A stretch of 64,000 nucleotides of DNA, from positions 159,030,001 through 159,094,000 of the forward strand of contig NC_042998.1 in assembly GCF_006345805.1 (NCBI RefSeq). The letters run 5' to 3'. The position numbers were made by a program, and so were the translations under genes. Numbering within the stretch: the first letter of the stretch is position 1; each line of letters starts with the position of its first letter. The stretch is from Octopus sinensis (Eukaryota). The notes below the pieces were generated by a model. It did no database searches. It had not been told where the DNA came from and worked only from the letters and a program-made list of their open reading frames with translations. Shown here in pieces: positions 1 to 12,479 of this stretch.

Positions 1-168
1 AGTCGATTAGATTGACCCCAATACGCAACTGGTACTTAATTTATCAACCTCGAAAGGACGAAAGGCAAAGTCGACCTCGGCGGAATTTGAACTCAGAACA
101 TAAAGATAGACGAAATACCGCTAAGCATTTCGCCCAACATGCTAACGTTTCTGCCAGCTCGCCGCCTT
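1..168 (-). mobile_element. tRNA-derived SINE, family A (head ...GGCGGCGAGCTGGCAGAA..., B-box GTTCAAAT), cut by window start
   Basis: Reverse complement reads AAGGCGGCGAGCTGGCAGAAACGTTAGC...GTTCTGAGTTCAAATTCCGCCGAGGTCGACTTTGCCTTT...AGTACCAG; the same sequence recurs more than 10 times in the window. Confidence 0.85.
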
Positions 169-1623
169 GATTTAGCTATTTATTGTTCAGACAAAGGTTG
201 GATATAAAGCAAGACTCTTTTTGTCATATTTGTAGTGACTATGTGTGGTACTGACGACGGCGATAGTGTATGTTATGTTTCCATCGGCAGGTTTCTTCAC
301 GATGTATGTTCATGAAAGTATTATTTCGTATATTATGACTATTCATAGAAATATATATTTATGGATATATGATTTCAGTGAAATCATTAATGAACAAATT
401 TCAGAGTATGAGAAAGTCAAATGCATATGTTGCAAAGGAGCTATCCAAGAGGAATTTTTTGACCGAAGAGAAACAAATAGAGCCTACAAGTGGTCAACAC
501 AGAATGTTCTTATGCCTGACATGATCGAACGTTTAGCTAATTCCAAGAGCAACAGCATGGCTTTCGTCGAAATCTTCAACGATGAGAGATCACTGAAAGA
601 TCACTGAGAGATCACCTGACAGGTCATTGAGAGATGACTAACAAATCACTGAGAGGACAACAACGAATGTAATTATTCGGAGAAGACATTTTAGTTGTCA
701 CCGAGAAGAGAAAGATAAAGTAGCTGTTTAATTCTGTTTCCATCAAGCTTAGATGTGAGAGCAATATGGTTTCATTGATTATAGTCAATAAAATCATATT
801 GCTCCCACACCTTCCTTAGACACAGGACGTATTGTCATGTGCATCTATTGACTAGTTCAGATGTCGCAGAAAAGATTGATAAATCTTGTGGTGCCAGCAA
901 CTGCTCTGGAGTGCATTGTTTAATAGTCATGAAAAGGATTCCATCAGAATCTGTAGCATTGCAGAGTTGAATTATCAGAAGGGATTTAGCTTGTAGCGAT
1001 ACACAGAAAGCATGGGAAAAGTTTTGTTTAGTATTTAGTGTGGGTTTAAAAGCAAAACGAGTAACAAAAGCGCTAACACACTGAAATGAATTGAGATGGA
1101 AACTACGATGATCACTCAGCTTGTTGGAACCTTACCTTCTCCTTTATAGTATTGACCATTATCGACTGAAATTACAAATGAAATTTATTATACCAAACTA
1201 GATTACATCATTAAATGAAAGCAAGAATGAAAACAAACAAGTACAGCAGAGAAAACAATATAAGACCAGAAATGTAAGCGATTAAACATTCTCAAGAACC
1301 GCTATATTGATGAAAGAGTGAACATGCGAAGTTGTGGGTTCGATTGATTGCGTGCTAGTTAAATATGGCTCAGTGTGTTTCAAGGAATTGCATATTTCAC
1401 TTTTCTACTTTCATAATACTATATTTTACGGTTACTTCTGGTTAATTCGTTTTTGTATGTGTGTGCATGTGTGTTTGCAGCCCTAAAATTATATGCAGTC
1501 ATATGAGTACGCATGCGGGTGTGAGTTCGTGTTACATATCTGTAAATGTAAAAATCTATACAGGAGAATTTGTTCATGTTCTATCAACACAATGCCCTTT
1601 AAACTTACCTTCAATTTGGAATA

Positions 1624-1827
1624 CATTAATCCCTCGCTATCTTGTGATTCACCTATCGCGCACTCAGTACATCGCGGATTTTTCTGGGTAATATATGCAA
1701 ATTTATATCGCGTACTCCTCAGTATATCCGGATTTCTGCGACCGATAAGTATTTATATTTTTTTAGGTTTTAATTATTTCCGTGGGGGATTTTAGAACGT
1801 TCGCCCGCGATAGTCGAGGGATTATTG
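1624..1827. mobile_element. Tigger/pogo-like MITE
   Basis: Terminal inverted repeats CATTAATCCCTCG(-)CTATC / GATAGTCGAGGGATTATTG; TA on the left flank and CA (mutated TA) on the right; no ORF. Confidence 0.65.
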
Positions 1828-1863
1828 CATATAAAAACAAATCATACATACATACATACAAAT

Positions 1864-2230
1864 AGGCGCAGGAGTGGCTGTGTGGTAAGTAGCTTGCTAA
1901 CCAACCACACGGTTGCGGGTTCAGTCCCACTGCGTGGCATCTTGGGCAAGTGTCTTCTGCTATAGCCCCGGGCCGACCAATGCCTTGTGAGTGGATTTGG
2001 TAGACGGAAACTGAAAGAAGCCTGTCGTATATATGTATATATATGTATATGTGTGTGTGTTTGTGTGTCTGTGTTTGTCCCCCTAGCATTGCTTGACAAC
2101 CGATGCTGGTGTGTTTAGGTCCCCGTCACTTAGCGGTTCGGCAAAAAGAGACCGATAGAATAAGTACTAAAAGGTGGTGCTCCAGCATGGCCGCAGTCAA
2201 ATGACTGAAACAAGTAAAAGAGTAAAAGAG
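1864..2230 (+). mobile_element. tRNA-derived SINE, family B (CORE-like segment, internal microsatellite, GTAAAAGA tail)
   Basis: A-box TGGCTGTGTGG, B-box GGTTCAGTCCC, CTTGGGCAAGTGTCTT segment, central (TA)(TG) tract, tail CCAGCATGGCCGCAGTCAAATGACTGAAACAAGTAAAAGAG; about 10 related copies in the window. Confidence 0.85.
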
Positions 2231-2383
2231 TATACATGCATACAGACAGCCAGATGCACACACACACACACATATTCATACATACATACGTACATACATA
2301 CATACATACATACATACATACATACATACATACATACATACATACATACATACATACATACATACGTACGTACATACATACAT

Positions 2384-2680
2384 GTGGAGGCACATGGCCT
2401 AGTGATTAGAGCAGCGGACTCGCGGTCAAGGGATCGCGGTTTCGAATTTCAGACCGGGCGATGTGTGTTTATGAGCGAAACACCTAAGCTCCACGTGGCT
2501 CTGCCAGAAGGTAATGCCGAACTTCTGCTGACTCTTTCGCCACAACATTCTTCACTCTTTCCTCCTGCATCTTCCAGCTCACCTGCGACGGACCGGCGTC
2601 CCGTCCAGGTGGGGAACCTATACGCCAAGGAAACCGGGAAACCGGCCCTTATGAGTCAGGCAAGGCCCGAGAAGGAACAA
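2384..2680 (+). mobile_element. tRNA-derived SINE, family C, within a (CATA)n tract
   Basis: A-box TGGCCTAGTGA, B-box-like GTTTCGAATTTC; homologous to 33941-34106. Confidence 0.75.
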
Positions 2681-2899
2681 TACATACATACACACATACA
2701 TGTTATTGTGTGCGCGTACGTATGCTTGCATGGTGCATGCGTGTGAAAAACGTCCCAGACCAAAATTCCTTAAATGAGACAATTATCACAGTTGATCTGT
2801 CTAGTTTATTTCCATGTGAAACAAGTACACTGTTTATTAAGTAAAACTATTTTACATCAAACTGTGTAATCTTACGTCAATCACTAATCCATAAGAAAG

Positions 2900-3085
2900 C
2901 TTACATGGTAACTTGAACAACTAGAAATAACAGCTAATCTGTCTTTTGAAACATTCCTTGCTGTCTGTCTTAAAAAAAGAAATGTTCTGCAATAAATCAG
3001 ATCTGAAAAGACGGTATGGGCAGGATTTTTTTTACCTAGATGTCTGCTCGATTATGGTTAGCCTAGGGCTAAACAACAACAACAG
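2900..3085 (+). mobile_element. Old SINE family D with (CAA)n tail (related degraded copies near 5.4, 24.7, 40.4, 41.2, 44.2, 47.3 and 53.7 kb)
   Basis: Shared motif GCTA(G/A)AAATA(G/A)CAG and terminal GGGCTAAACAACAAC; strongly diverged. Confidence 0.45.
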
Positions 3086-4025
3086 ATAATAATAATTTGA
3101 GCTGCTACGATACTGTTTGGTTGATTTCTGCAACAGCCAAGACTTTCGTCTTGGATGTACGCTGACGCCTATAGATATCAGAAAAAATATGTGTTACTCG
3201 AAATGGAATTCAATTTCCTTTGCTTTCTTCCGTATGAAATTAACAGCTTCCTCGGATAATCTATGATAGATTATGGATCCTGTGGAACTTCCCAATACTT
3301 TTGTCTCCCTCCGTTACTTTTCCTTCCTCACTTTCACTTTCATTTCTCGCGCGTGTGAGTGTGTGTGCGTGTGTGTGTTTGTGTGTGTGTGTGCGTGTGT
3401 GTATATGTGTGTTTAAAAATACACGCGCGCGTATATATATAAACATATATGTATATATATTTGCTTACATGTATACATATAAACACACACGCACAAATAT
3501 ATATATATATATTATAATATACTACGATATATATATATATAAATGTGTGTGTGTATATGTATACAGATACGTGCACGCGCACACACACACACACACATAC
3601 ATATATACATATATGTATACATTTATAACAAACACACAATTTGTATGTGTGGTGTGAGGCACATTGCTGTGAAGGCAACATACGCCTGGCACCAGCTTTG
3701 CTTCTGAAAAAGTAGAATTAAATATCTTGTTATTAATTCTGCATTCGGCTATCTTATCTATTTCATCATTTTGCCCCCACCCCTGTCTTTCAGTATATTG
3801 TGTAGACACAAATATATTTTTCCCTTATATATATATATATATACGCGCACACACGCATATAAATACATGTATATCCGTTAAGTTATACATGCACAGTTTT
3901 ATATGCATATACGCCTTTGTGTATGCATGTATGTATGAGATGTTATACACATAGAGTTGTATACATATGTACTTGTATGACTATGCATGCATTCTTATCT
4001 CTCTAATGTATTCATCGATCCATAT

Positions 4026-4058
<33 letters not shown>

Positions 4059-6050
4059 AATATATTATATGTGTATATATATATGCAATATATATATACA
4101 TTATATATATACATTATATATATATGTATTATGTGTGTATATATCTTTGTATATATATATATATATCCATCCATCCATCTATATATATATATATACGCAC
4201 ATATATATGTATATGCTGTATGTATGAATGTATGTATATATGTATATCAATCAATCCATCTATCATATATATATATATGCTTGAGTGTGTATGTGTGTGC
4301 GTGTCTGAGAGTGTACAGTTATGCATACATACACACCAACGCGTGTCTATATATATACATACATATCTAATCAATGATATGCATGTATGTTTCTACATAT
4401 GTGCACATAATTCGTACAATTTTTTTGCAAGCTCTCACTTCTACATATTTAAATATGCAGCTATGCATATGGTTATGAAATTCTCCCGGGATATAGCTTT
4501 AGAAATAACTGTGGAAATAGCTATGAAAATAGACCAATACAACAGTTTCTACCTGATTAAATCCGTATGAAAACACCAGTAACTGCATTCACAAAAATCC
4601 AGACCCAAAGACACGCACCACCACACACACATACTGGCGCATATAAATGAACCGCCAACCTACTATTGTTTCAGGAAGCTAACGACGAACGTTGGAATTA
4701 TACCCTGCTATGATGCTCATTACGTTCATTAAATATTACCACATTGAATACTTTAAAAGAATATACAGATCAGTTATTTCTTTGTAATCAACCGAGTATC
4801 CAATTACGCAATAGCTGGAATGGTGGAATGGATATTAAAAACATGTCGATATATAAAACGGATACTTGATTTATACTTATAAATATCTGAAATCGGAGAA
4901 TGCAGAAAAAAAGACTAAATAATATTAAAAATCCATTAGTAATTTTCGCAACATCGGTCATGTTGTCGCTGTAATAGGGAATTATGATAGATATATTGCT
5001 GTATCGTATCTGTTGGAATTGCCTTTCTTGCTCACAATGATGTCACCAAGCTTGACTGAGTGTCTGATATCATAGTGTAACTCTTTCCGATTTCAAATTC
5101 ATTCTCTAGCCTGACTAGAATAAAATTAAAGCGAACACCGAACAACCTTCGCAACAAAACATATCACTTATCATTCAGCAACTTTCACAAACAGCCTTTA
5201 TTGTGCTAGTTGTAATTATGCAGTAGCAGACTTGAGTGTGATAATTTCTCAACTTAAACTACTGCTCAAGAGCAGCAATGTGTAAGTTTTGTCAGCATGT
5301 GCATATGCCTGAGCATCTCTCTTGTCGTAAACAAATAGGCAAATAGCGTACCGAAGGAATATAGTGCAATTAAGTAAATAGGCAATGAGTGGGCCCGCTA
5401 TGCGATCATTCGACTTGCTAAAATAGAAGCAAAACCTCACTCACTTCAGATCATCTCATCTTCGAAAGGAAGAACTCATTAATTAATGAAGTTCGAATAA
5501 AATAAGAGATGGACATAGCTAGAATTTCTGAGTTTGAAGCTAATCGACTCCCTTCGTCGCAGTCTTCCAATGTCTTGTCCGCAGTTATACCCTGCTGCCA
5601 AAAATCAGACTCACTGCCTTCAGATATTTCTAATTAATTTACATACCAAGTTCTCTCCTCAGTCCTGCTTGACCAGAATTAATCATTGAAATTGAGAGAT
5701 CACTCACAAGATATTGGTGTTTTTCAACAGAAAATGCCTCAAAAATGCCCAAGGATGCATTTGGTTGCATTCAAGTATAATTAAAGAAATTATTAAGGAC
5801 GGTCGTTGAGTGTGCTAGCACAAGCAAACCAGTTAGCTCCCCATGCCTTATTTCCTTTAATTGTAAAATTAATACGAAATGTTTTAATTATTGTGAGTTT
5901 TATTGTATTTTTTATTTCTGTGCAAATATGTGTATCCATACATGAGTATGTGAATATGTATGTATGTATGAATGTACGAAGGTAGGTAGGTAAGTAGGTA
6001 GGAGGGAGGGAGGGAAGTATGCATGCAGGTATATATATATATATATATAT

Positions 6051-6113
<63 letters not shown>

Positions 6114-6199
6114 CTGGAAGATAGATAGATTTGAATGAATGTATTTGTATGCATACGTGTGCGCGTGTGCGTTAATAAGAATGAAGCTGAATGGTTGTT

Positions 6200-6490
6200 C
6201 AAGAGGATTGCGTGCTAGTGATGGTCCTGTTTGGGATGCGCGTAGGATATCAAAACCATTCTGCTCACGGTAGTTTAATAAGGCGTGTTGGATGGAATGC
6301 AGTTAACATAACTGGTTGTCTAGACAAAGAGATTATGTGGTGAACGAAAACATACACTTTCCTATTTAGTAGTAACCTCATCGACTTTGTCAAGTTTCAC
6401 TTGAAAAGGAATTTGTGACAGAATAGGGAAGTGCTAATCTCGAGTGAATTTATTGAAAGGTAAAAGTTGCAAAAAATAACAAGAGTGATT
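6200..6490 (+). pseudogene. L1/Tx1-like LINE ORF2 C-terminal remnant
   Basis: Frame reads CLDKEIMW*TKTYTFLFSSNLIDFVKFHLKRNL*QNREVLISSEFIER*, resembling the end of Tx1-type ORF2; assignment by recollection of the motif, not by search. Confidence 0.4.
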
Positions 6491-7055
6491 GGGACCGCTC
6501 TAAGCATGCATCAATTAGTCACAGAACGATAATTGAAGAAGGCATTTGCTCTTAGTGTTCAAGGGAATCTGATTGTAGATGGAAATCTTTTTGTACAAGA
6601 AGTACTGCTTCATCACCAACCTTGATTAATTGTATACCATGCATCCTTATATTTCATGCTTTTCTTATCTATCTTCATTAGTTCAGTACTGGAGAGCGAT
6701 GTAATCGTTTGTGTGCACGGGAACCGTAATACTTATGTGAAAATTTGAAACTATCATTATCGTCATCATCATCATCGTCGTCGTCATCATCATTATCATC
6801 ATCACGTCACCCTTACTATCATCATCATCAACATCATCATCACCTTTTCCCATCATCGGGATAATCTTCAGAACATCAGTGGAGGGATGTGTATAAGAAA
6901 ATTATATGTTGCTCATACCTTTCTTACAGACGAGAGTGAATCAAAATGGATTATAACTTAGAATCAAAACCAAATTTCGTGTGCTCAGTTCCCTCACATT
7001 ATGCATAGCTCATCACCAGCACCAATGCACAACACACAACTTTCTCACCAATTTT

Positions 7056-8548
7056 TTGAATAAAATTAATGTACATGCACATAGGAAGATGGAATTTTAA
7101 GATGTTGGTACAAATGCTCTTTCTTAATTGTGGCTAAAATTTGACATATATCTGATCTGTTTTTCATGAGTAATTAAGAATTTACTGGAATTGGCTGTCT
7201 GAAGTTATTATGCAAATATTGAAAATTATATTTTTACAGTGTTAATAATACGTTTTTGTTATTTTGCAGGTCATAATATAATCAGAAAGATGTAAAAGAA
7301 AGATATTACAGCGTCTGAAAAGCAGAAAATAACTAAGCTTTTAAGTGATAGCATGACCTCTTTGAACATTATGAAGCAGCTTGGCCGAGATCATCGAACA
7401 ACCAAGAAAACAATTGAAGATATAACAAAGAACAGGAAACGAAGGTCTGGAAAGGGGTTCAATAATTTGTCCACGAGAGATAAACGTCAGCTGAAACGCA
7501 TTGTCGCTAAAGACCCACTACTCAGTAGTGATAAGATATTTAATATGGCTGGGATTATTGGAGTAAAGAGAGACATGAGGTGTAGAGTCCTTCACGACAT
7601 TGGTTCTGGGAAATCTCCTCGCCAGCTTCTTGTATCTCCAACAAATATTGATAAACATCTGAAGTCAGCAAGAATGTACTTAAAAACAGGTTTCAGAAAC
7701 ATCATATTCACTGACGAATCACATGTCACATTAGATGGTCCAGATGGATGGGCTAAAGGATGGCTTCTGTCAGGGCAAGATGCGCATCTGACGAGAATAC
7801 GGCAACAAGTGTTGGGCTGGTATTGTTAACAGAACCATCATTGGACCATTTAAAGTTGATGGAGGTGTAAAACTCAACAGTACAAATTATTGTGAATTTT
7901 TGGATCAAACTTTCTTTGAATGGTACAAGCGTCAACCTCACAGTTTCAAGATAAAGTGTATGTTTATACATGACAATGCTCCATCACATGCTTCTCGCCC
8001 AACTCGTGAGTTTCTTGAGCGCAAACGATTTGCCGAAGACAAAATAATGGAGTGGTCACCGTCAAGCCCTGACTTGAACCCAATAGAAAACCTCTGGTCA
8101 ATCGCCAAACAGAAACTCTATGAAAGAGGCAAACAGTACAACAGTAAGGTAGAACTGTGGAATGATGTACAAAGTATTATAGCTGCAGTTTCGCCAGATC
8201 AAATTGGAAAACTAACAAATTCGATGGACAACAGTTTAGTAACGTTGTTTGAAAAGAAAGGTCGTTATATCAACATGTAAGTTGTTTCAACTATATATTA
8301 AAACATTGTTCTTTGAATTAGTAAAAAGTTCATAATGGGTTCATATATTTTAATTGTCCTGATACGCAGAGCAAATAACAATTCCAGCATTTGCATAGCT
8401 TCAGACAGCCAGTTTCAATAAATTCTCAATTAAGCACGAAAAAAAAATCAGATGTATGTCAAATTTTAGCCACAATTAAGAAAGAGCATTTGTACCAACA
8501 TCCTAAAATTTCAGCTTCCTATGTATATTGTACATTCATTTTATTAAA
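7056..8548 (+). mobile_element. Tc1/mariner DD37E (TRT-like) transposon, decayed, with ~160-bp inverted repeats
   Basis: 7056-7217 is an imperfect reverse complement of 8389-8548 (shared core GTTGGTACAAATGCTCTTTCTTAATTGTGGCTAAAATTTGACATA); a transposase pseudogene lies between the arms. Confidence 0.8.
7290..8280 (+). pseudogene. DD37E Tc1-family transposase pseudogene (frameshift near 7810)
   Basis: Motifs IIFTDESHVTLDGPDGWAKGW, (W)AGIV..IIGPFKV, FIHDNAPSH and SPDLNPIENLW; 37 residues between the second D and E by hand count; the GGGGVM segment is deleted. Confidence 0.9.
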
Positions 8549-8608
8549 ATATAAACCGATTTGCATCATATCTTCACACAAGGTGTATATATATATATAT
8601 GAGTATAT

Positions 8609-9791
8609 ATATAATAATAAGAGTAAATAATTTCTATAAAGGCTTTTAAAAAAACCCCAATTATTTACTGGTAGAATTCGGTATGTAAATATAGCCGATT
8701 ACCGGCAGGAACTTCTGTAAAGTTCAGTATATATATTGTATATAAGAAAAAGGGACAGGCAAAACAGGTTGCTTGACCGCATACCGAAAAAATAGAAATA
8801 GCAGTCAAGAATGCTTGTTTCTATCAAAGTTGGACTCCGGGCATGACAGACCCTGTAATTCACATATGCAAAACAGAAGGAATAGATAACGAATACGAAG
8901 TCTGGCGGTTATCTGTGAACATCATGTTTCTGGATTATAAACATATTGAATATATATTCCATATATATTTTTGATATATATTTCATATACATTGCATATA
9001 TATTTCACATCCTTCTTCAGCACAGCTTTCCATTGAAAAAGATTTATCATAGATTTATCAAATGCTACGTACCTCAAACCTTCTGACCATGCGACATCAA
9101 AACATTTGAAGAAAGTGAGCAAAGGCTAAACCTACATAGACGTTTGAATTCATAAATCTTCCCTCCAAAATTTTGCCATGCGCATTACAAAAATAGTTCC
9201 CTAAGAAGGGGAACAGTTAGGTTGTCAAAGGGAGTGAAAAATCCAAATAGTAATATAATAATAAGAGTAAATAATTTCTATAAAGGCTTTTAAAAAAACC
9301 CCAATTATTTACTGGTAGAATTCGGTATGTAAATATAGCCGATTACCGGCAGGAACTTCTGTAAAGTTCAGTATATATATTGTATATAAGAAAAAGGGAC
9401 AGGCAAAACAGGTTGCTTGACCGCATACCGAAAAAATAGAAATAGCAGTCAAGAATGCTTGTTTCTATCAAAGTTGGATTCCGGGCATGACAGACCCTGT
9501 AATTCACATATGCAAAACAGAAGGAATAGATAACGAATACGAAGTCTGGCGGTTATCTGTGAACATCATGTTTCTGGATTATAAACATATTGAATATATA
9601 TTCCATATATATTTTTGATATATATTCAGACTTCGTATTCGTTATCTATTCCTTCTGTTTTGCATATGTGAATTACAGGGTCTGTCATGCCCGGAGTCCA
9701 ACTTTGATAGAAACAAGCATTCTTGACTGCTATTTCTATTTTTTCGGTATGCGGTCAAGCAACCTGTTTTGCCTGTCCCTTTTTCTTATAT
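8609..9791. repeat. 374-bp direct duplication (8609-8982 / 9253-9626) followed by a 165-bp inverted copy (9627-9791)
   Basis: The direct copies differ at one position seen (GGACTCC/GGATTCC); 9627-9791 is the reverse complement of 8740-8904; both outer flanks are (TA)n. Confidence 0.9.
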
Positions 9792-9793
9792 GA

Positions 9794-9846
<53 letters not shown>

Positions 9847-10318
9847 CGATATATGTATATCGCTGAGTTTATTATGTATGCATGTAACTGTGCGTGTATG
9901 TGTGTGCGCGCGTGCCTGTGTGACAGTATCATTTCAGTTCATCCAAGCTTTGACCAATGCAGCGACATCAGTTAGAGAATCAACATGTGTTCCTTCCCTT
10001 GTTCAGCTGACATGTGGTTTCGATTTTGTTTCGAACATACAGACACACACACACTATATTTTTATATATTACATATTAACAATGTGTACAATATTATAAG
10101 TTAAGTGTATTATATAATACTCCTGTATATATGTAATAAGTGCATACATACATTCATATTATATATATATACACACACAAACACATACACTTATGACTGT
10201 AACAAGTAAAAGAGAAAAAAAAAAATATATATATATATATATATAATTTTGTGTGTGTGAGTGTATATATATACATATATACAACACTCACACGCACAAA
10301 ATTATATATATATATATT

Positions 10319-10878
<560 letters not shown>

Positions 10879-10969
10879 TTAGTAGAAGAAATAGCTATAA
10901 CCCTTTGACTGCTATTTCTAAATTCGGTATGTGGTAAGGCAATTCGTTGCTAAACCCTTTATTGCTTAG

Positions 10970-11047
<78 letters not shown>

Positions 11048-11684
11048 GCTTGATATAGCAGATAGATGATATCACCTAGATGCATATGATTTCATTTTGT
11101 ATACATATATAACTGTTTTAATATTTATTATACATTTAAAATATGCGTGCTATTACAAATTTTCTAATGACACCCTCGTTTTGTTGTTTTTCATTCGTAT
11201 GTATGTCGATATGTTGCGTACCAAGTGTATGCACACACGTGTGTAAGTGTGTGTGTGTGCACGCACGCATGCGTGTTTGTGTTTCTCTCTTAATGCTTGA
11301 AAACTAGAGTAGGTTTCTATTTACGTTCATGTTGTTTTGTGCTTCGAAGAAATAAAAAATATATATAAACAGACCGATGGAAAACGTTCTGGCCTCAAAT
11401 CTTATCGGCTAAAAAGAAAACTTTGCGATAGTGACCTTCTGTGCGGCTGCTGTCAAATAAGTGAAAAAAATAAGACTATTGTATACAAATATGCCCAAAA
11501 GCGTGTTTGAGTGTGAAGTTCTAACGATTTTCGGGACGATAACTGACTAGGAATGAGTACACCGATATCTTGTGCATTTTCCGTTCGTTCCAATGTCATA
11601 ATTCTCATTCATTTTTCAAACATAACGTAATGCTATCACCAATATTTTTGTCCTTTTACATTGTAGTATGTGATGTTTTACTCG

Positions 11685-11892
11685 CTTCAGTCATTAAACT
11701 GCGGCCACGCTGGAGCACCACATCGAGTTTTAGTCGAATAAATCGTCTACAGTACTTTTTTTCATTTTTAAATCCTGGTTACTTATTCTATTGGTTTCAT
11801 TTGCCGAAACGTTAAGTTACGTGGACGTAAATATACCAACGTCGGTTGTCAAGCGATGCTGGGTGACAAACAGACACACACAAATGCGTGTG

Positions 11893-11960
<68 letters not shown>
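11685..11960 (-). mobile_element. SINE family B, 3' half with (TG)n
   Basis: GCGGCCACGCTGGAGCACC ... GGTTGTCAAGCG matches the reverse complement of the family B tail. Confidence 0.7.
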
Positions 11961-11963
<3 letters not shown>

Positions 11964-12050
11964 TGTGCAATTGTTAAACAGGACGTTAAACATTAAGGCA
12001 AGGCAAACATCTTAAGTGATATACAATATTATTATAAGAAGAAATTCAAG

Positions 12051-12108
12051 ATCTTACAGCTGTTTCTGGGCTATTCTCGAGTATGGGATTTTCCGTCATC
12101 AGAGGCAT
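12051..12108 (-). ncRNA. Degenerate type I hammerhead-like motif
   Basis: Sense strand: CT-CTGATGA-29 nt-GAAA-CAGCTG-TA-AG; palindromic stem III ACAGCTGT; stems I and II eroded. Confidence 0.4.
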
Positions 12109-12479
12109 ATTGTGGGGGAGGAGTATGGAAAATGAAAATGGATAATATATCAAGCCATATTAAGATGACAAAACATTGAAGAAGAGAGTAAAAGAATAAA
12201 GAGATGGAAAGAGGGAGAAAAAAGAAGCATAAAAGTTCATAGTTCAACTTCCCGAAGTTATAGAAACCAGAGCATGAGCCCTTAGGTGCAATCCAACGTA
12301 GATCCATGAGCGTAAGTCTTTAGGTGCAATCCTGCGCATATCCACGTGGTTTAAAATCTTCATATAGTAGACATCCCATGAAAAAGACGCGAACATATCA
12401 ACGTTCAATAACGGAATGGTAGCGGAGGTGGCTATTAAGTGGTAAAAGTAAAGGAAAGAAAAAAAAATAGAGAGGAAGA

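Noticed and set aside
245-607. 120-aa ORF as a gene
   Set aside because: Starts at GTG, no recognisable domain, no supporting splice or neighbouring structure.
3261-4570. Many ORF-track ORFs rich in IY/CV/HT dipeptides (also at 10.5, 23.7, 29.6, 31.6, 32.6 and 36.5 kb)
   Set aside because: They are translations of (TA)n, (TG)n, (CA)n and (GATA)n tracts, not genes.
5032-5114. Possible minus-strand terminal exon (RLENEFEIGKSYTMISDTQSSLVTSL*)
   Set aside because: Acceptor-like site present, but the frame is only 26 codons with no homology; expected by chance.
8983-9252. LLTFFKCFDVAWSEGLRY as a reverse transcriptase LDxxKAFD motif
   Set aside because: Key residues are missing and no other RT motifs follow in any frame.
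12282-12332. TTAGGTGCAATCC twice, 38 bp apart, also present in the SINE tail at 44860-44872
   Set aside because: Only two local copies and a 13-nt match with no flanking similarity; insufficient for a CRISPR-like or shared-origin claim.
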